A DNA stretch of 64,000 nucleotides from Euzebyales bacterium (GCA_036374135.1 DASUUK010000068.1:20628-84627); one strand, 5' to 3'. Shown: positions 51,311 to 62,004, counted from the stretch's first letter. The notes: generated by a model not told the origin, from the letters alone. Numbers and translations: made by a program.

Positions 51311-54300
51311 ATGTCACCATTGGAGCATGATCCCCTCACGCGGCGGCTCGTCGCACGCTCCGATCCCTGCACGCACCGACGTGCCGACGGCGTGACCAGG
51401 GGCACCGCACCGCTCGCGCGGCTGACAGAGATCGTCCGCTCGACGGTCGATCCCGACCTGCTGCTGCCCGGCGCGCTCCACGTCGGTCCGGCGCTGCGGC
51501 CGGTCACGTGCGCGTTGCTGGCCGGGTCGGCGCGCCCACTGCTGATCGTGACCCCGACGGCGCGTGACGCCGAGCAGCTCGTCGACGGGCTCGGCGCGTT
51601 CGTCGGCGTCGATCGCGTGGCGCTGTTCCCGGCGTGGGAGACCCTGCCCCACGAACGGCTGTCGCCGCAGCCGGCGACCGTCGGGACGCGGCTGCGCGCA
51701 CTCGACCGCCTGGCCGCGGGGGAGCTGGACGCCCTCGTCGCACCGGTGCGCGCGCTGCTCCAGCCGATGGATCGACGCCTGGCGGAGCGACGTCCCATCC
51801 GGCTGTCGTCGTCGTACGACGGCGGCCTCGACCAGCTCGTGCGCGAGCTGGCGACGCTCGGCTATGTGCGCACGACCATGGTCGGCCAGCGCGGTGAGTT
51901 CGCCGTCCGCGGCGGGATCGTCGACATCTTCGGCTCGAGCGACGACCACGCCGTGCGCGTCGAGTTCTGGGGCGACGACGTCGATCAGCTCCGCTGGTTC
52001 GGCGTGGCCGACCAGCGGGCACTGGAGTCCGTCGACACGGTCGACGTGTACGCCGCGCGCGAGCTGGTGCTCGACGACGAGACCGCCGGCACGGCGCGGG
52101 CGCTCGCGCCGAGGCTCCCCGAGCTCGCCGACCGTCTCGGCATGCTGGCCGACGGCATCGTGTTCGAGGGCGCCGAATCGCTCATCACGGCGATGCAGCC
52201 CGCTCCGGCCTGGCTGCCCGAGCTCATGCCGGCCGGCACCGGGATGGTGCTGGTCGACCCCGCACGGCTTGAGGGACGCGGCGCGGAGCTGCACGAGCAG
52301 GCGGAGGCGCTCGCGATCGCGGGCTGGTCGGAGGCCGGCGGCGGCCTCATCCGCGACGACGGTGTCGGCTTCGGCGAGTACAAGCAGATCACCGACCGCT
52401 TCACCGGTGACCTCTGGACGCTCGATCCGTTCGGTCCGCCGGACATCGCGGGGCGCCCGTGGGACTCGTTCCGCGGTGACGTCGCCGAGGCCGCCCGACG
52501 GGTGGCCGAGCTGACCCGCGACGACGTGCGTGTCGTGCTGACGACCGCCGGCCATGGCTCGGCCGTGCGGCTCGGCGAGGTCCTGCGTGAGCACGGTCTC
52601 GCCGCGCCGGTCGTCGACACGGTGACCGATGAGCGGATCGCGATCACCGAGTCCCAGCTGCGCGACGGTTTCGTGGCACCTGAGCTTGGTGTGGCGCTGC
52701 TGGGTGAGTGGGACCTGTTCGGTCCCCGCCGCTCGCGCGCCGGCCGCCGCCTGCCCAGCAAGCGGACCGCCCAGGCGACGGTGCTCGACCTCGCGCCGGG
52801 AGACCCGATCGTGCACGCCGTCCACGGCGTCGGTGTCTACCGCGGCATCACGACCCGTCAGCTGCGCGGCCCGACCACCGCGGTGGGAGGACAGGCCGCC
52901 GGCTGGCTGACGCGCGACTACGTGATCGTCGAGTACGCCGGCGGCGACCGCCTGTTCGTCCCCAGCGACAACGTCGATGCGCTCGCACCCTACATCGGCG
53001 GTGAGGATCCACGCGTCATGCGCATGGGCGGCACCGACTGGGAGCGCGCGAAGGGCAAGGTCCGCAAGGCGGTCCGCGAGATGGCCGGCGAGCTGCTGCG
53101 CCTGTACCAGGCGCGCATGCACGCGCCCGGCGCCGCGTTCGCTCCGGACACGCCGTGGCAGGGCGAGCTGGAACAGGCGTTCGCGCACGTCGAGACCCCC
53201 GACCAGCAGGCCGCGATCGACGAGGTCAAGCGCGACATGGAGGCGCCGATCCCGATGGACCGCCTGATCTGCGGCGACGTCGGATTCGGCAAGACCGAGA
53301 TCGCCGTGCGCGCCGCGGCGAAGGCGGTGTTCGACGGTGGTCAGGTCGCGGTGCTCGTGCCTACCACGCTGCTGGCCCAGCAGCACGGCGAGACGTTCGC
53401 CGAGCGCTTCGCCGGGTTCCCTGTCCGCATCGAAACCTTGTCGCGGTTCGCCGGTCCGGCCAAGCAGCGGGAGGTGCTCGACGGTGTGGCGGCCGGGACC
53501 GTCGATCTGGTGATCGGGACGCACCGGCTGCTGTCGAGCGACGTCGAGTTCCGCAACCTGGGGCTGGTCGTCGTCGACGAGGAGCAGCGCTTCGGGGTCG
53601 CGCACAAGGAGAAGCTCAAGCAGCTGCGCACCAGCGTCGACGTGCTGACGATGACGGCGACGCCGATCCCGCGGACGATGGAGATGGCCATCACGGGCAT
53701 CCGCGACCTGTCGACGATCGACACGCCGCCCGAGGAACGACAGCCGATCGTCACCCACGTCGGTCCGTTCGACGAGTCGATGGCGGCGTTGGCGATACGT
53801 CGGGAGCTGCTGCGCGAGGGCCAGGTGTTCTGGCTGCACAACCAGGTGTCGACCATCTCCGCGGCCGCCCAGGCCGTGCGTGACCTGGTGCCCGGCGCGC
53901 GGGTCGAGATCGCCCACGGGCAGATGGCCGAGTCCGAGCTCGAACGCATCATGATCCGTTTCTGGGAGCGCGAGTTCGACGTGCTCGTGTCCACGACGAT
54001 CATCGAGAGCGGGCTGGACATCCCCAACGCCAACACGTTGATCATCGAACGCGCCGACCTGCTCGGGCTGGCGCAGCTGTACCAGCTGCGGGGCCGCATC
54101 GGCCGCTCGGTCGTGCGCGGTTACGCCTACATGTTCCATGCCGAGCGGCGGGCGCTGACCGAGGAGGCCTACACGCGGCTGGAGACGCTGGCCACCCACA
54201 CCGGCCCGGGGTCGGGGCTGTCGATCGCGCTGCGCGACCTTGAGATCCGTGGTGCGGGCAGCGTGCTGTCGGCCGACCAGTCCGGCCACATCGCCACGGT

Positions 54301-54829
54301 CGGCTTCGAGGCGTACGCCCAGCTCATGCGTGAGGAGATGGCGGAGCTGCGCGATCCCGCTGCCGCGGAACGCGAGCGCGCGCAGGCCGCGGAGATCTCG
54401 ATCGACCTTCCCGTCGACGCCCACCTGCCGCCGGAATACATCGCCGACGAGGGACTGCGGCTGCAGGCGTACCGGCGCATCGCCGGCATCCGCGACGGTG
54501 CCGGCGCGCGGGACGTGACCGACGAGCTCACCGACCGGTACGGTTCACTTCCCGAGCCGGCCACGCGGCTGATCACGATCGCCGCGCTCCGCGCCGCCGC
54601 CCGGCGCTGGGGCATCACCGAGATCGGGGTCACCCCGCGCCGGACCGTCCGCGTGCAACCGGTGCACCTCTCCGAGTCCCAGCGGGTCCGCCTCCGCCGC
54701 GAACGTCCGCGGGCGTTGTGGAACGAGGTGGCGGGTGCGCTCGAGTTGCCGATGCCGCCGGGCGACGTGGAGCTCGTGGGATGGGTCGCGCGCGAGCTCA
54801 AGGCCGTGCTCGGACGCCGTCGCCAGTGA
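51311..54829 (+). CDS. mfd: Transcription-repair coupling factor
   Basis: FPAWETLPHE, GEFAVRGGIVDIF, DRLICGDVGFGKTE, VDEEQRFG, TATPIPRT, GLAQLYQLRGRIGR, DLEIRGAG motifs. Confidence 0.97.
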   Translation: MSPLEHDPLTRRLVARSDPCTHRRADGVTRGTAPLARLTEIVRSTVDPDLLLPGALHVGPALRPVTCALLAGSARPLLIVTPTARDAEQLVDGLGAFVGVDRVALFPAWETLPHERLSPQPATVGTRLRALDRLAAGELDALVAPVRALLQPMDRRLAERRPIRLSSSYDGGLDQLVRELATLGYVRTTMVGQRGEFAVRGGIVDIFGSSDDHAVRVEFWGDDVDQLRWFGVADQRALESVDTVDVYAARELVLDDETAGTARALAPRLPELADRLGMLADGIVFEGAESLITAMQPAPAWLPELMPAGTGMVLVDPARLEGRGAELHEQAEALAIAGWSEAGGGLIRDDGVGFGEYKQITDRFTGDLWTLDPFGPPDIAGRPWDSFRGDVAEAARRVAELTRDDVRVVLTTAGHGSAVRLGEVLREHGLAAPVVDTVTDERIAITESQLRDGFVAPELGVALLGEWDLFGPRRSRAGRRLPSKRTAQATVLDLAPGDPIVHAVHGVGVYRGITTRQLRGPTTAVGGQAAGWLTRDYVIVEYAGGDRLFVPSDNVDALAPYIGGEDPRVMRMGGTDWERAKGKVRKAVREMAGELLRLYQARMHAPGAAFAPDTPWQGELEQAFAHVETPDQQAAIDEVKRDMEAPIPMDRLICGDVGFGKTEIAVRAAAKAVFDGGQVAVLVPTTLLAQQHGETFAERFAGFPVRIETLSRFAGPAKQREVLDGVAAGTVDLVIGTHRLLSSDVEFRNLGLVVVDEEQRFGVAHKEKLKQLRTSVDVLTMTATPIPRTMEMAITGIRDLSTIDTPPEERQPIVTHVGPFDESMAALAIRRELLREGQVFWLHNQVSTISAAAQAVRDLVPGARVEIAHGQMAESELERIMIRFWEREFDVLVSTTIIESGLDIPNANTLIIERADLLGLAQLYQLRGRIGRSVVRGYAYMFHAERRALTEEAYTRLETLATHTGPGSGLSIALRDLEIRGAGSVLSADQSGHIATVGFEAYAQLMREEMAELRDPAAAERERAQAAEISIDLPVDAHLPPEYIADEGLRLQAYRRIAGIRDGAGARDVTDELTDRYGSLPEPATRLITIAALRAAARRWGITEIGVTPRRTVRVQPVHLSESQRVRLRRERPRALWNEVAGALELPMPPGDVELVGWVARELKAVLGRRRQ

Positions 54830-54903
54830 CGGTCGGGGCGTTCAGCCGGCCGGCCGGTGCGCCACTACACTGACGCCCCATCTCGGCACGCAGGAGCGAC
54901 TTC

Positions 54904-55536
54904 GTGACAACCCTTGCGCAGCGACTGGCCGTCGTGCTCGTGGTGCTGATGGCGACGGCCTGCTCACTGACCGGCACCGGCGACCCTTCGACCGCCGCGA
55001 CCGTCGGCGACCGCGCGATCCCGGCGACCGACATCGACGAGATGCTCGCGTCGATCCGCAACAGCTCGGCGTTCCAGCAGCAGTCGCAGGGTGACACCAG
55101 CGGCCAGTTCGTGCTCGACGCGCAGACGCAGCTCGTCACCCAGTTCGTCAGGTCCGAGATCCTGGCGGTGGTCGCCGAGCAGGAGGGCCTATCGGTCAAC
55201 GACGAGGAGGTGGCCGCCGCCCGCCAGGATCTCGTCGACCAGGTCGGCAGCGAGGAGGCCCTGCAGGCCGCCATCGCCGAGCAGGGCCTGTCGGAGGAGT
55301 TCCTGATGCAGCAGCTGCGCGATCAGCAGACCCAGGCGCTGCTGCAGGATGAGATCGGCGCATCGACCAACCTCGCCGAGTACATCCAGCAGGAGATCGC
55401 CGACGTCCCGATCGAGGTCAACCCGCGGTACGGGCAGTGGGATCCCGACGCGTTGGCGGTCGCGCCGTTCGATCCGCTCGCGATCGCGGGCGGCGAGGAG
55501 CCGACCGGCAACGAGACGCCCACCGAAGCTCCTTGA
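54904..55536 (+). CDS. SurA N-terminal-domain lipoprotein
   Basis: Lipobox MATAC; AATVGD..I, helical SurA_N-like body, IEVNPRYG.WD; located between mfd and mazG. Confidence 0.75.
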   Translation: MTTLAQRLAVVLVVLMATACSLTGTGDPSTAATVGDRAIPATDIDEMLASIRNSSAFQQQSQGDTSGQFVLDAQTQLVTQFVRSEILAVVAEQEGLSVNDEEVAAARQDLVDQVGSEEALQAAIAEQGLSEEFLMQQLRDQQTQALLQDEIGASTNLAEYIQQEIADVPIEVNPRYGQWDPDALAVAPFDPLAIAGGEEPTGNETPTEAP

Positions 55537-56693
55537 CCGGCGCGGTCGCGGCACCTGCGCGTCTGGTCCTGATCGACACGGTCGACCAGCTGCCGGGCCT
55601 GCTGCCGCTGCACGCGTGGAGCGCCCTGTCGTCGACTGACCTCATACTCGTCGGCGATGCCGCGCACCCGATGGTCGCCCACCTGGTCAACGCCGACCTG
55701 CGCCACGAGATCGTGCCCGAGCCCGCCGAGCCGGCCGCGCTCAGCCGTCGTGACCTGCTCGGCGGTGTCGATCCGATCCAGCGCGCGCGGGTCTCGTGGA
55801 TCATCGACCGGGTGCGTGAGGCCGGCGCGACAGCGTACGTGTATGGCCCCGGCGACAGCGAGGGGTTCACCCGCTCGCTGGGGTTCGAGGCCGCGCGCAG
55901 CCAGATCGAGGTCGAGGTCGTCTACTTCGGGGTCGCTCCGCCGGGCGTGACCCTGCTCGAGCTCGTCGAGGTCGAACGCCGGCTGCGCGGTCCCGACGGC
56001 TGCCCGTGGGACCGTGAGCAGGACCACGCGAGCCTCGCGCCCTACGCGGTGGAGGAGGTCTACGAGCTGCTGGCGGCGATCACTGACGGCACCTCCGACG
56101 ACATCGCCGAGGAGCTCGGTGACGTGCTGCTACAGGTCGTGTTCCACGCGCAGATCGCCGACGACGACGAGCGCTTCGACATCGATGCGGTTGCACGTGG
56201 CATCGTCGACAAGCTGGTGCGCCGTCACCCGCACGTGTTCGGGAACGCCCGAGCTGACTCCGCGGCATCGGTGATGGCCAACTGGGAGCAGCTCAAGGCC
56301 GCCGAGAAGCCCGAGCGCGACGGCGTGTTCGACGGCATCGTCGAGGGGCAGCCCTCGGTGGCGCTGGCCGTGGCGGTCCAGGGACGTGCGGCCAGGCACG
56401 GGTTCGTGTGGCCCGACGTCGACGGCGCCGTCGCAAAGGTGCGCGAGGAGCTTGACGAGGTGGCGGCGGCGTCCGACGAGCGGCAGGCGCACGAGGTGGG
56501 CGATCTGCTCCTCGCCGTCGTTGCGCTCGCCCGCCACCTCGAGGTCGACCCCGAGCTGGCACTGCGCGCCGGCGTCGCGCGGTTCCGCGCCCGCTTCGAG
56601 CGTGCGTTCGAGCTTGCGGGGGATGAGCCCGGCCAGCTGTCCCCTGCGGCCTGGCTGCGGCTGTGGGACCGGGCCGGACCAGAGGCGACCTGA
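55533..56693 (+). CDS. mazG: MazG nucleoside triphosphate pyrophosphohydrolase with N-terminal extension
   Basis: LRGPDGCPWDREQ.H.SL.PY..EE.YE, EELGDVLLQVVFHAQIA, KLVRRHPHVF, EELDEV, EVGDLL motifs; TTGA overlap with the upstream stop. Confidence 0.92.
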   Translation: MTGAVAAPARLVLIDTVDQLPGLLPLHAWSALSSTDLILVGDAAHPMVAHLVNADLRHEIVPEPAEPAALSRRDLLGGVDPIQRARVSWIIDRVREAGATAYVYGPGDSEGFTRSLGFEAARSQIEVEVVYFGVAPPGVTLLELVEVERRLRGPDGCPWDREQDHASLAPYAVEEVYELLAAITDGTSDDIAEELGDVLLQVVFHAQIADDDERFDIDAVARGIVDKLVRRHPHVFGNARADSAASVMANWEQLKAAEKPERDGVFDGIVEGQPSVALAVAVQGRAARHGFVWPDVDGAVAKVREELDEVAAASDERQAHEVGDLLLAVVALARHLEVDPELALRAGVARFRARFERAFELAGDEPGQLSPAAWLRLWDRAGPEAT

Positions 56694-56836
56694 CCGTTCG
56701 GCCACCGTGGCGTCGAGTGCCGGGCCGCGTGTGCCCGGCAGCATCGAAGGCCCGGTAGACAGGGCCACCGCGCGGACACGGGCGGCGGCCGGTGCAGCGA
56801 CCCCCATGTGCAGCGATCGAAGGGAGTGACCGGACG

Positions 56837-57652
56837 GTGAGCGACGCGTGCCCGCGATCCGCGGGCGGACAGGGGCCGGATGACCGTGGGCGGTCCTCCA
56901 GTGCTGCCGGACGGTACGACAGATCCGGTGCACGGCCCGTGCGCTCGCGGCCGGGACCCGACCGCGAGCGGCCGATGCGTGCCGTCGAGCGCGAGTGGCG
57001 CGATGATGACGGGCCGCTCGGCGCCCCACAGCACGGGGAGGCGACGCTGGTCGACCCGTCCCATCAGCGGGCCGAGGCACCGGACCCGAGCGATGCGCGG
57101 GCCATGCACGGCGAGCCTGAGGAGATCGAGACGCCGGTGTCGGCGGGTGAGCGCGTCCGCGGCACCGTCGACGCGGCGCTGACCGCCCTGCGGTCATCCG
57201 TCCCGGTCCGCACAGTGCTCTTGCTGCTCCCGCCCCTGTTCCTGCCTCCGTTGGTCTTCGACCTGTCCTTCGGTGCGACGCTGCTCGTGTGGCTCCTCCT
57301 GCTGTGGCTGGTCGGTGCGACGGCGGTCGTCACCACCCTCATGGCGGACGGGGCGGATCTGCTGGCCATGCGGGCCATAGGGCGCCACCTCGAGCAGCTC
57401 GCGGCCGGCGTCCAGCGACCGGCTGAACGGCCCGCCGACGACGAGGCGCTGCTCGTCGTCGGTGAGCAGCTGGATGCCCTGAACGACCGCCTCGACGCGC
57501 TCGACACGCGGCACCCCACCTCCGGTGCAGGTCCGATCGACCATCGGCCACCTGAGCAGTGGTCGGGTTCGCGTGGGGTGGCCGACAATGACGGGGACCA
57601 CCATGACGTCGCACACGGACGTCACTGGAGCTCTCCTCGATGGCAACGATGA
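56837..57652 (+). CDS. Hypothetical membrane protein (two central TM helices)
   Basis: Coding-like codon usage; hydrophobic VLLLLPPLFLPPLVFDLSFGATLLVWLLLLWLVG core flanked by charged regions. Start is uncertain (56837 or 56975). Confidence 0.6.
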   Translation: MSDACPRSAGGQGPDDRGRSSSAAGRYDRSGARPVRSRPGPDRERPMRAVEREWRDDDGPLGAPQHGEATLVDPSHQRAEAPDPSDARAMHGEPEEIETPVSAGERVRGTVDAALTALRSSVPVRTVLLLLPPLFLPPLVFDLSFGATLLVWLLLLWLVGATAVVTTLMADGADLLAMRAIGRHLEQLAAGVQRPAERPADDEALLVVGEQLDALNDRLDALDTRHPTSGAGPIDHRPPEQWSGSRGVADNDGDHHDVAHGRHWSSPRWQR

Positions 57653-58215
57653 CCACCTCCCTGGCCTTCACCGGCGACGCGACGGTCAACCGCTATCTGA
57701 GCACCAACCACGTCGCGCTGCTGGTCGGACTCGTGCTGGACCAGCACGTCCCCACGGAACGTGCCTACATCGCTCCGCGCGAGCTCGCGCGGCGGTTGTT
57801 CACCGATCTCGACGCGGCCACGGTGGCGTCCCTGCCGGTCTCCGAGATCGAGTCGTGCTTCCGTCAGCCTCCGGCACTGCACCGCTACCCAGGTGTCATG
57901 GCCCGCCGTGTGCACCGGTTGTGCCGGCACGTCCGTGACCGCTACGACGGTGACGCTGCGGCGTTGTGGACCGGCGTCGGCGACGCGTCCGTCCTCTACG
58001 ACCGGATCCGCGCGCTGCCGGGCTTCGACGAGCGACTGACGCGTGTCCTCGTCGCGCTGCTCGGCAAGCGGCTCGGTGTCCGGCCGACCGGATGGGAGCG
58101 CGTCGCCGGAGACTACGCCCTCCCGGGCCGGCGGTCCGTCGCCGACGTGGTCGACCGCGACACGCTCCAGCAGGTGCGCACCTATACGCGGGCGCACGCG
58201 CGCATCAGCGCGTAA
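57640..58215 (+). CDS. Actinobacterial HhH-GPD-type base-excision-repair-like protein
   Basis: ALLVG.VLDQ.VP.E.A, PPALHRYP..MARRV..LC, LPGF, ALLGKRLGV.P.GW, RRSVADV motifs. Confidence 0.75.
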   Translation: MATMTTSLAFTGDATVNRYLSTNHVALLVGLVLDQHVPTERAYIAPRELARRLFTDLDAATVASLPVSEIESCFRQPPALHRYPGVMARRVHRLCRHVRDRYDGDAAALWTGVGDASVLYDRIRALPGFDERLTRVLVALLGKRLGVRPTGWERVAGDYALPGRRSVADVVDRDTLQQVRTYTRAHARISA

Positions 58216-58243
58216 CCCGCTCCACCCCGGACCCGCGGTCGTC

Positions 58244-60061
58244 TCAGGACGGCGTCAGCGTGGTCCCGCTGGCCCAGTCGGCGTGGAGCCGACGGTAGAC
58301 CTCGCTGTCGGCGAGCAGCTCGGCGTGGGTGCCGGTGGCCACGATCCGGCCGGCGTCGAACACCACGACCTGGTCGGCGTTCTCGGCCGTCGCCAGTCGG
58401 TGCGCGATGGTGATGCTGGTGCGGCCTGCGGTCAGGCGCTCGATCGCGCGCCGCAGTTGCACGTCGAGCGCGGGATCGACGGCCGAGGTCGCCTCGTCGA
58501 GGACGAGGACGTCGGGATCGGCGATCCATGCGCGCACCAGTGCGACGAGCTGGCGCTCTCCGGCGGACAGCTGGCCCCCACGCTGGCCGACCGGCGTCGC
58601 GATGCCCTGCTCGCGGGTGGCCAGCCAGTCGTCGAGCTCGAGATCTTCGAATGCCCGACGCACCTCGGTGTCATCGGCGTCAGGCCGTCCGTAGCGGACG
58701 TTGTCGGCGAGCGAGCCGTCGAACAGGAACCCTTCCTGCGGCACGAACGCGACTCTGCTGCGCAGCGTCGCGGCGGCCACGTCGTCCAGGGGCACGCCGC
58801 CCAGCAGGATGCGGCCGGCGTCGGGGCGCAGCAGCCGCACGAGCAGCTTGGCGAACGTCGTCTTGCCGGATCCGGTCTCGCCGACGACGGCGATGCGTCG
58901 GCCCGCCGCCAGTGTCACATCCACGTCGTGGAGCACCTCGGCGCCGTCACCGTAGGCGAACCGCAGGTGCCGGGCGACGACGGACAGGCCGCCGGCCGGC
59001 AGGTCGCGACCCTGCTCGCGGTCGTCGAGGTCCGCCGGCATGTCGAGCACCCGCAGGATCCGCCGGACGCCCGACGCCGCGACCTGCGCCTGATCCAGTG
59101 TCTCCACGAGCATCTGCACAGGCTCGATGAACTGGTTGACCAGGAACAGGAACGCGATCAGGGTGCCGGCCGACACGCCGTCGATGACGAAGAGCCCGAC
59201 GAGCAGCACGATCGCCTGCACCAGCGCCGAGAAGACCTCGCCGCTGCTGAACAGCGCCGCGGCGGTGCGGTGCGTGCGGTACTCGGCGGAGAACTGGGCC
59301 GCGAGGCGGTCGCGCAGACGCCGCCGCGTCCGCTGCTCGGCGCCGTAGGCGCGCACCGTCGGCAGCCCGGCGATCGCCTCGCCGATCGCGGCCATGCTGT
59401 CGGCGACCCGGATGCGGACCTGGTCGTACGCCCGTTGGAGCAGCCGTTGGAACCAACGCAGCAGCAGGCCGTAGCCGAACGTGATGCCGGCGACCACCAG
59501 CGCCAGCTCCCAGCGGTAGACGACCATCACCGCCATGACCAGGACGACGCGCATCACCCCGAGGATCAGGTTGATGCCGCCCCAGCCGAGGAACTGCTGG
59601 ATCTCCTGCACGTCGGACGTCACCCGCGCGACGAGGGCACCGCGACGCTCGCCCTGGACGTGCAGCAGCGACAGCCGGTGCAGGTGGGCGAACGTCATGA
59701 CGCGCAGCTCGCACAGACCCCGCGCGGACGCGGTGCTCATGCGCACCTGCGCGTGGCGGTTGGCCAGCGCGGTGAGCGTCAACACGACCAGCGCGAGCGC
59801 GCCGAACGCGGCGACGGTACCGATCGCGATCGTGTCGGTGCCGAGGATGTAGCGGTCGATCACGACCTGCAGGCTGACCGGGACGACCAGCCTGCCCATG
59901 GCACCGACGAAGCCGAAGGCCACGGTCGCCAGCAACCCGCGGCGCAGCGTCGGTGCCAGCGCCAGTGCGCGCCGCAATGCCGTCGTCGTCGGGATCGCGG
60001 CGTCCGCCGCCGGACCGGGGTTGCGCTTCACCGACCGCCCGGTGCCCCTGCGGCGCGTCAT
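58244..60061 (-). CDS. ABC exporter, TMD-NBD subunit 2
   Basis: Six-TM domain plus VGETGSGKTT, LSAGERQL, LVLDEATSAVD, IAHRL motifs. Confidence 0.93.
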   Translation of the reverse strand: MTRRRGTGRSVKRNPGPAADAAIPTTTALRRALALAPTLRRGLLATVAFGFVGAMGRLVVPVSLQVVIDRYILGTDTIAIGTVAAFGALALVVLTLTALANRHAQVRMSTASARGLCELRVMTFAHLHRLSLLHVQGERRGALVARVTSDVQEIQQFLGWGGINLILGVMRVVLVMAVMVVYRWELALVVAGITFGYGLLLRWFQRLLQRAYDQVRIRVADSMAAIGEAIAGLPTVRAYGAEQRTRRRLRDRLAAQFSAEYRTHRTAAALFSSGEVFSALVQAIVLLVGLFVIDGVSAGTLIAFLFLVNQFIEPVQMLVETLDQAQVAASGVRRILRVLDMPADLDDREQGRDLPAGGLSVVARHLRFAYGDGAEVLHDVDVTLAAGRRIAVVGETGSGKTTFAKLLVRLLRPDAGRILLGGVPLDDVAAATLRSRVAFVPQEGFLFDGSLADNVRYGRPDADDTEVRRAFEDLELDDWLATREQGIATPVGQRGGQLSAGERQLVALVRAWIADPDVLVLDEATSAVDPALDVQLRRAIERLTAGRTSITIAHRLATAENADQVVVFDAGRIVATGTHAELLADSEVYRRLHADWASGTTLTPS

Positions 60062-61917
60062 CGGTCACCTCCGCGGGCGGTCGACCGGTGGCCGGCGGAG
60101 GACGCACCACCATCACGATCGATCCCACCGGCACCGGCCCGCAGCCGCCGCTCCGCGTCCTCCTCGTAGGCACGCAGCAGCCGGGCGTACCCGGGGAGGT
60201 GGGCCAGCAGTGCCTCGTGCGTGTCGTGGGCGATGATCCGACCCTCGTCGACGAACGCGACCTCGTCGGCGAGCGCGATGCTCGACGGCCGGTAGGCCAC
60301 CATCAGCACGGTCGACGGCAGCGCGGCCTGGGACAGGCCACGCAGGATCTCCGCCTCGACCGAGGGGTCGACGGCCGAGGTCGCGTCATCGAGGATCAGC
60401 AGCCGCGGCCGCTGCGCCAGTGCGCGCGCGAGCGCGAGCCGCTGCCGTTGGCCACCCGACAGTGCCACCCCACGTTCGCCGATGCGCGTGTCGTAGCCGT
60501 CCGGCAGCGCCGACACGAAGCCGTCCGCCCGGGCGAGCCGGGCGGCGCGGCGCACGTCGTCGTCCGTCAGGCCGTCGTGCAGGGCGATGTTGCCCCGGAC
60601 GGTGTCGTCGAACAGGAAGCCGTCCTGCGCGACGTACGCCAGCTCCCGCGGCAGTTCGCCCGCCGCGAACTCCCGCACGTCGCGCCCGTCGACGCGGATG
60701 GTGCCGTCGACCGGATCCCACAGCCGCGCGAGCAGCAACGTCAGCGTGGTCTTGCCCGCCCCCGTCGGGCCGACGACGGCGACGGTGCGTCCGGCCGGGA
60801 TCGCGAGGTCGACGTCGGACAGCACGGGCGGGCCGCCGTCGTACGAGAACGTCACCGCGCTCCCGTCAACCGGGGCCGGACTGGCGGCTGACACCGCGCG
60901 CCGTTCGCCGTAGGCGATGCGATCGTCGGCGGTCAGCACGGACTGCACGCGGTGCCACGCGGGCACGCTGTCACCGAGCTGCCACAGCGTGAAGCCGATC
61001 AGGCGTGACGGCAGCAGCACCAGCGACAGCAGGAACGTCACGGAGACCAGCTGACCCGCGGAGATGGCGTCGGCCGAGATCCGCCAGGCGCCCAGCACCA
61101 CCACGACGACGGTGATGAGCCCCGGCAGCACCTCCTGCGCCGCGTTGAACCACGCGCGCAGCACACCCAGATCGATGAGGTGGTCGCGCAGCGCCTCGGC
61201 GTCGCGCCGAAGACGGGCGACCTCGAGGGCCTCGCGGCCCAGCGCCTTCACCGTCAGCGCCCCGTCGAAGCTCTCGTGGGCGGTCGTGGCCACGGCGCCA
61301 CGCATGCGCTGTACCTGTTGGCCGAGCTCGGCCATCCGCCAGCTGCCGCGCACGTTGATCGCCACGCTGACCATGACCCAGACGATCGCCGCCAACCCGA
61401 GCCACGGATCGGTCACGGTGATGATCGTCGCGGCACCGATCAGCAGTGCGGCCGCTCCAACGCCGTACGGCAGCGGGGCCAGCACATAGGTGGCCTGGGT
61501 CGTGTCCGCCTCCGCGATCGACAGGAGATCGCCCGTGGCATGCCGGTCGTACCACCGCATCGTCAGCCGCAGCTGGTGGTCGACGATCCGCTCCCGCAGG
61601 TCGTTCTTGGTGCCGTACTGCAGCGCGGCGGCAGCGGCTCGGCGGACCGTCACCCCGATCGCCTTCGCGAGCCCGACACCGATGATCAGCGTCACGGCGA
61701 GCCGCGCCCGGCCCGGGTCCGCGCCACCTGAGACCACGGGCACGATCAGCTCGTCGGTGATCCATCCCAGCACCAACGACGACGCGATGATGCCCCCCAC
61801 GAACAGCAGCGAGCCGCCGACGGCGGCGATGAACGGCAGCGGGCGCCCCCGCACGTGCTCGGCGACGACGCGCAGACCGGTGCGGACGACCGTGGCAGGC
61901 GGCAGCGAGGTGGACAT
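60058..61917 (-). CDS. ABC exporter, TMD-NBD subunit 1
   Basis: Six-TM domain plus VGPTGAGKTT, LSGGQRQRL, LILDDATSAVD motifs; the degenerate Walker B (DD) and missing switch His (AYR) fit a heterodimeric exporter. Confidence 0.93.
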   Translation of the reverse strand: MSTSLPPATVVRTGLRVVAEHVRGRPLPFIAAVGGSLLFVGGIIASSLVLGWITDELIVPVVSGGADPGRARLAVTLIIGVGLAKAIGVTVRRAAAAALQYGTKNDLRERIVDHQLRLTMRWYDRHATGDLLSIAEADTTQATYVLAPLPYGVGAAALLIGAATIITVTDPWLGLAAIVWVMVSVAINVRGSWRMAELGQQVQRMRGAVATTAHESFDGALTVKALGREALEVARLRRDAEALRDHLIDLGVLRAWFNAAQEVLPGLITVVVVVLGAWRISADAISAGQLVSVTFLLSLVLLPSRLIGFTLWQLGDSVPAWHRVQSVLTADDRIAYGERRAVSAASPAPVDGSAVTFSYDGGPPVLSDVDLAIPAGRTVAVVGPTGAGKTTLTLLLARLWDPVDGTIRVDGRDVREFAAGELPRELAYVAQDGFLFDDTVRGNIALHDGLTDDDVRRAARLARADGFVSALPDGYDTRIGERGVALSGGQRQRLALARALAQRPRLLILDDATSAVDPSVEAEILRGLSQAALPSTVLMVAYRPSSIALADEVAFVDEGRIIAHDTHEALLAHLPGYARLLRAYEEDAERRLRAGAGGIDRDGGASSAGHRSTARGGDR

Positions 61918-62004
61918 GCGCGTGGTGACGCCCCCCAATGGGTCCGCAGATCGGTAGGCAGCTCATCAACTCTACGTGTGTGACCCGCCGCCGGCGGGAT
62001 GTGC

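Noticed and set aside
51314-54424. 1036-aa minus-strand ORF
   Set aside because: It is the antisense shadow of mfd, an artefact of GC-rich codon usage.
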